The notes under the pieces: model-generated
Databases searched by the model: none
Told to the model about the DNA's origin: nothing
What the model saw: only the letters and a program-made list of their open reading frames with translations
Position numbers and translations under genes: made by a program
Part shown: piece after piece, positions 59,844 to 64,000 of the stretch
Layout of the letters: every line of letters starts with the position of its first letter
Position numbering within the stretch: position 1 is the first letter of the stretch
Source of the DNA: Longimicrobiales bacterium
GTDB lineage: Bacteria; Gemmatimonadota; Gemmatimonadetes; Longimicrobiales; Gaopeijiaceae
DNA: 64,000 nucleotides
Assembly: GCA_965116905.1 (NCBI GenBank)
Contig: OZ220732.1
Location: forward strand, 480,001 to 544,000
Direction: 5' to 3'

Positions 59844-62639
59844 CTACCCCTTACAGTCGTACCAGGTCTGCCCCGTGCCCACGTCCACCTGCAGCGGCAC
59901 ATTGAGATCCATGGCGGACTCCATCACCTCCACAACGGTGTCCGTCAATTCGGCCACCCGGTCTTCAGCGACCTCGAACACCAGCTCGTCGTGGACCTGG
60001 AGGAGCATGCGAACCCCGGGCGTCCCGCGCAGAGCATCGCGCAGCCGAATCATCGCCACCTTGATCAGGTCCGCGGCCGTGCCCTGAATCGGGGTGTTCT
60101 GTGCCACCCGCTCACCGAACTGGCGTACGTTCCAGGCACGGGCGCGGAGTTCCGGCACGAATCGGCGCCGTCCCATGAGGGTGGCCACGTACCCCAGGTC
60201 CTTCGCCCGGGCCACCTGTTCATCAAGGAAGGTTCGCACCCCCGCGAACCGTTCGAAGTACTGCGCGATGAAGCGCTTCGCCTCCTCCATCGGAATCCCC
60301 AGTTGACGGGCGAGCGAGAACGGGCCCTGTCCATAGAGCGTGGCAAAGTTCACCGTCTTGGCCTGGTCGCGCATCCGCCCGGTCACCTCCTCCACGGGCA
60401 CCTCGAAGATCACCGCCGCGGTCTCGCGATGGACGTCCTTTCCGTCGCGAAACGCCGTGACAAAGACCTCGTCCCCGGAAAAATGCGCCAGGATGCGCAG
60501 TTCGATCTGAGAGTAGTCCGCGGTCATGAGCAGGGATCCCCCAGGAGCCACGAATCCCCGGCGAATCTCCCGTCCGACCGCGGTACGGATGGGGATGTTC
60601 TGGAGGTTGGGATCGGAGGACGAGAGGCGGCCGGTCGCGGCTACAGTCTGGTTGAAGGTTGTGTGAATGCGCCGCGTCTCGGGGTTGACCAGCGCCGGAA
60701 GCGCGTCCACGTAGGTATTCCTGAGCTTCTCGAGTTGTCGGTAGTCCAGGAGCAGCCGTGGCAGCTGATGGTCGCGAAGGGCCAGCTCCTCGAGCACCGA
60801 TGAATCCGTGGAGGGACCCGTCTTGGTCCGCTTCAGGACCGGCAGTTCAAGGCGCTCGAAGAGGACTTCGCGCAGCTGCGGCGTCGAGTTGATGTTGAAT
60901 TCCGTGCCCGCCACGCGGTGAATGTCGTCCCGGATCAGGCGCAGTTCATCGCCCAGCTTGCGGCTCATCTCCGCAAAGAAGGCGGAATCGATGCCGACGC
61001 CGTTCATCTCCATGTCCGCCAGGACCGGGATCAGCGGGATCTCCAACTCCCGGAAGAGCGTCTCCAGCGAGCTGTCGTCCGAGCCCGACGGCGGGTCCGC
61101 AAGCCGTTCACGGAACAGGGACCAGAGCCGTAGCGGCAGCTCGACCTGCTCGCACGCGAACTCATGGGCCTCCTCGGCGGAAACCTCGCCCAGGGTGCGC
61201 CGCTTTTTGCCCGTTCCGAGCACCTTGGCGGGCGGCGTGGCCGTGGCGCCGAGAAAGTCCGTGGCGAGGGCGGCGAGATCCTGACGGCGGCGCCCCGGGT
61301 CCAGCACGTAGGATGCCACCATGACGTCCCGGAAGGGTCCGTCCAGCTTCAGCCCGGCACGCCGGCACGCGATCAGCGAAGCCTTGATGTCGTGACCGAT
61401 CTTGACGATTGCAGGGTCGTCCAGAACGGCCCGTATCGGAGCGAAGGCCTCGTGATCCAGCGGTGGGAGATTGGCCGGGTGCGCATCGTCCTCCTCCCCG
61501 AGTGCCAGCGCCATCGTGGCCTCGTGCCCGACGGGCAGGTAGTACGACGTGTCCGCGTCGGCGGCGACAGCCACGCCGGCAACACCACCCCGCGTGGGCT
61601 GCAGGCTGCGGTTCAACACGGCCACGGCCATCCGCCCCTGCTCCCGGCAGGCCCGGGCGACCTCTTGCAACTGGCCTGGATCCGTGACGAGCACTCGCCT
61701 GGATTGCGCCACCGGAGGACCGCTCCCGGCCGTACCGCCACCGGTCTCGGCATCCAGCCTGTCGAGCAGAGTCCGGAACTCCAGATCAACGAACAGGGTC
61801 CGAAGGCGCTGGTTGTCGGGGTCCGAAGTGCGCAGGTCCTCGAGGTCCGTGTCGAGCGCGAGGTCGGTGCGAATCGTGACCAGCTCCCTGGACAGCAGGA
61901 TCTGCTCACGGTGCTCCAGCAGCGACTCGCGCGGGCGTTTGGCCTTCACCTCCCCGGCCCGGGAAAGCACTTCGTCCAGGGTCCCGTATTGCTCCAGGAG
62001 CTTCACCGCCGTCTTGGGTCCGATGCCCGGAGCCCCGGGCACGTTGTCCGAGCTGTCACCGACGAGCGCCAGGTAGTCTACGACCTGGCGGGGCGCGACC
62101 CCCAGCTTCGTTGTCGCCGCCTGCTCGTCGACCCAGTTGGCCGCCACCCCGTGCGGCCCGCCGCGTCCCGGATTCAGCAGCTGCACGCCCGGACCGACCA
62201 GCTGAAAGAAGTCCTTGTCGCCCGAGACGATCACGACCTCCAGCCCCTCCGCCACCGCCCGTGCAGCGAGGGTCCCGATCACGTCGTCCGCCTCCCATCC
62301 CTCCACCGCCACCACCTGGTCGCGGAAGGCTTCGACCATCTCCCGGATGCGGGGCAGACTGTCGCGCAGCTCCTCGGGCATCTTCTCGCGAGTGGCCTTG
62401 TATTCGGGATACAGCTCTTCCCGGTGACTCCGTCCCGCATCGAAGACGACCGCAATGTAGTCGGGCTCGTAGTCGTCCCGGATGCCGTAGAGGAAGTTGG
62501 CGAAGCCGAAGGGCGCCGACGTGTTCTCGCCGCGGGCGTTCGTGAGCGGACGGCTCAGGAACGCGAAGAAGGAACGATAAATCAGCGCGTATGCATCGAT
62601 CAGGAAGATGCGCGGCGCGGTTTTGGGTGGGATTTCCAT
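59844..62639 (-). CDS. polA: DNA polymerase I
   Basis: WEADDVIGT, GDSSDNVPG, TGRLSSSDPNLQNIP, ADYSQIELR and LQVHDELVFE motifs. Confidence 0.97.
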   Translation of the reverse strand: MEIPPKTAPRIFLIDAYALIYRSFFAFLSRPLTNARGENTSAPFGFANFLYGIRDDYEPDYIAVVFDAGRSHREELYPEYKATREKMPEELRDSLPRIREMVEAFRDQVVAVEGWEADDVIGTLAARAVAEGLEVVIVSGDKDFFQLVGPGVQLLNPGRGGPHGVAANWVDEQAATTKLGVAPRQVVDYLALVGDSSDNVPGAPGIGPKTAVKLLEQYGTLDEVLSRAGEVKAKRPRESLLEHREQILLSRELVTIRTDLALDTDLEDLRTSDPDNQRLRTLFVDLEFRTLLDRLDAETGGGTAGSGPPVAQSRRVLVTDPGQLQEVARACREQGRMAVAVLNRSLQPTRGGVAGVAVAADADTSYYLPVGHEATMALALGEEDDAHPANLPPLDHEAFAPIRAVLDDPAIVKIGHDIKASLIACRRAGLKLDGPFRDVMVASYVLDPGRRRQDLAALATDFLGATATPPAKVLGTGKKRRTLGEVSAEEAHEFACEQVELPLRLWSLFRERLADPPSGSDDSSLETLFRELEIPLIPVLADMEMNGVGIDSAFFAEMSRKLGDELRLIRDDIHRVAGTEFNINSTPQLREVLFERLELPVLKRTKTGPSTDSSVLEELALRDHQLPRLLLDYRQLEKLRNTYVDALPALVNPETRRIHTTFNQTVAATGRLSSSDPNLQNIPIRTAVGREIRRGFVAPGGSLLMTADYSQIELRILAHFSGDEVFVTAFRDGKDVHRETAAVIFEVPVEEVTGRMRDQAKTVNFATLYGQGPFSLARQLGIPMEEAKRFIAQYFERFAGVRTFLDEQVARAKDLGYVATLMGRRRFVPELRARAWNVRQFGERVAQNTPIQGTAADLIKVAMIRLRDALRGTPGVRMLLQVHDELVFEVAEDRVAELTDTVVEVMESAMDLNVPLQVDVGTGQTWYDCKG

Positions 62640-62854
62640 AGGTCGGCCGAACTCGGTCCGGCCCGCGGCCCCTGGCGAAGGTGGGCTGCGGTTGGGCCGG
62701 TCCGGGGCCCCGGAGTAACTTGCACGTGGACCAGCACGGCAATATAACGAGTTCGCGGCGGATGCATCGGTGCACGAAACGCCGCGATGCATTCGGATCA
62801 GGACACCAGACGAGAGCTGCCAAACATGCGACATCCCGCGGCAGATTGATTGCA

Positions 62855-64000
62855 ATGCGATTTCGGCCACGCCACCCCGCCCGGCGCCGGGAGTTCGTGA
62901 AACCCCTCCTGCCGCTCCTGATTCTGGCGGGCTGCGTTGAAAGGGAGGGTCCGGCGGGCAGCGGGGACGACGCCGGGGAGGCACCCGCGGTGGAGGCACC
63001 CGCAACGGAAGTGCCCCCGGTGGAGGTGCCCGCAGCCGAAGTGCCCCCGGTGGAGGCACCCGCGGCCGAGCAGGCCGGTGTCGCCGACAGCGCGCAGACG
63101 CCTGTGGCGGATACCGTTTCAGCGGACTCCCTGTCGGCGAGGCTCAACGAGATCATGGCCGCACAGGAGCGCATTCTCGGCCGACTCGAGCTGATGGAGA
63201 CCACAGGAACGCAGGACACGGCGTCGGCCACCGATGTCGCAGCGGCCGAACCCCAGGGACTCGACCTGGAGGAGGCGCGGGATGAAGTCCAGAGCCTCGG
63301 GGTCGGCATCTTCTGGTCGCTCGTGGTGCTCGTGGTGTTCCACTTCCTCATCCGCGCCCTCATCTGGATTCTGGAGACCCTCGCCGAACGCAGCGTCAGG
63401 CGCCGGCTCACGTTCAAGTGGCTGATTCCCATCACGCGCATGCTGCTCTGGGGGGTCGCGGGCTACCTGATCGTGCGCACGATCTTCCGGGTCGACGCGC
63501 AGGGACTGCTTGCGGCCAGCGCCGCGCTCGGGGTCGCCCTCGGCTTCGCGGCGCAGGATCTGCTGAAGAACGTCTTCGGCGGCCTGATCGTCGTGTTCGA
63601 CCAGCCGTTCCAGGTCGGCGACAAGATCTCGGTTGGCGGAACGTACGGGGAAGTGGTTTCGATCGGCCTTCGTTCGACGCGAATCGTGACCGCGGACGAC
63701 AACCTGGTCACCGTGCCGAACTCGCAGGTCGTGCAGGAACAGGTGGCCAACGCCAACGCCGGCAAGCTCAACTGCCAGGTGGTCACGGATCTCTACCTTC
63801 CCGGCCGGGTCGACGAGAAGAGGGCAAAGGACATCGCCTTCGACGCTGCCGTGACCTCGCAGTACGTCTTCCTGGAAAGGCCGATCGAGGTCTTCGTCAC
63901 GGATCAGTTCCGCACCACTTTCGTGACCCACCTGCGGGTGCGTGCCTACGTGCTCGATCCGCGCTTCGAGTTTCTTCTGCGAAGCGACATCACCGAGCGC
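62855..64000 (+). CDS. MscS-family mechanosensitive channel with lipoprotein-like N-terminus (runs off the window edge)
   Basis: My translation, not in the ORF track: LILAGC, EAPAV/EVPPV repeats, then GVALGFAAQDLLKNVFGG, PFQVGDKI, IGLRSTRI and VPNS. Confidence 0.9.
   Translation, partial: MRFRPRHPARRREFVKPLLPLLILAGCVEREGPAGSGDDAGEAPAVEAPATEVPPVEVPAAEVPPVEAPAAEQAGVADSAQTPVADTVSADSLSARLNEIMAAQERILGRLELMETTGTQDTASATDVAAAEPQGLDLEEARDEVQSLGVGIFWSLVVLVVFHFLIRALIWILETLAERSVRRRLTFKWLIPITRMLLWGVAGYLIVRTIFRVDAQGLLAASAALGVALGFAAQDLLKNVFGGLIVVFDQPFQVGDKISVGGTYGEVVSIGLRSTRIVTADDNLVTVPNSQVVQEQVANANAGKLNCQVVTDLYLPGRVDEKRAKDIAFDAAVTSQYVFLERPIEVFVTDQFRTTFVTHLRVRAYVLDPRFEFLLRSDITER

Noticed and set aside
61300..61700. 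Degenerate 3'-5' exonuclease motifs in PolA
   Set aside because: Loss of proofreading residues is common among bacterial Pol I enzymes.

Overview
High-GC bacterial chromosomal window. The gene content (SusC/SusD pair, two short RpoD-type sigma factors, DUF2723, NHL-repeat protein, PadR cassette) suggests Gemmatimonadota, which is inference only. Most of the window is housekeeping or metabolic: trpE, rsgA, pckA, maeB, polA, ssb, lepB, mmsA with an aminotransferase and Na+ symporter, peptidases, heme A synthase and a partial MscS. Family assignments come from recognising motifs in the translations, not from database searches. Four features stand out. (1) An A/T-richer island at about 38.1-41.6 kb carries a translationally coupled TIGR04255 / WDGYGA-protein / putative ADP-ribosyltransferase-fold triad, two VapBC-type TA pairs and a higA whose higB partner is reduced to a stub. 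(2) An orphan ORF at 30.5-31.3 kb has unrelated segments separated by an in-frame duplicated 31-aa hydrophobic module, with a cluster of six short hairpins upstream. (3) An intact, coupled SbcD/SbcC-like pair has lost both its nuclease and its ATPase catalytic motifs. (4) An octaheme cytochrome c-TPR gene lies upstream of two lipoproteins and SusC/D. Two genes carry single-base frameshifts at or near short homopolymers, probably assembly errors. No tRNA, rRNA, CRISPR array, integrase or transposase was recognised.
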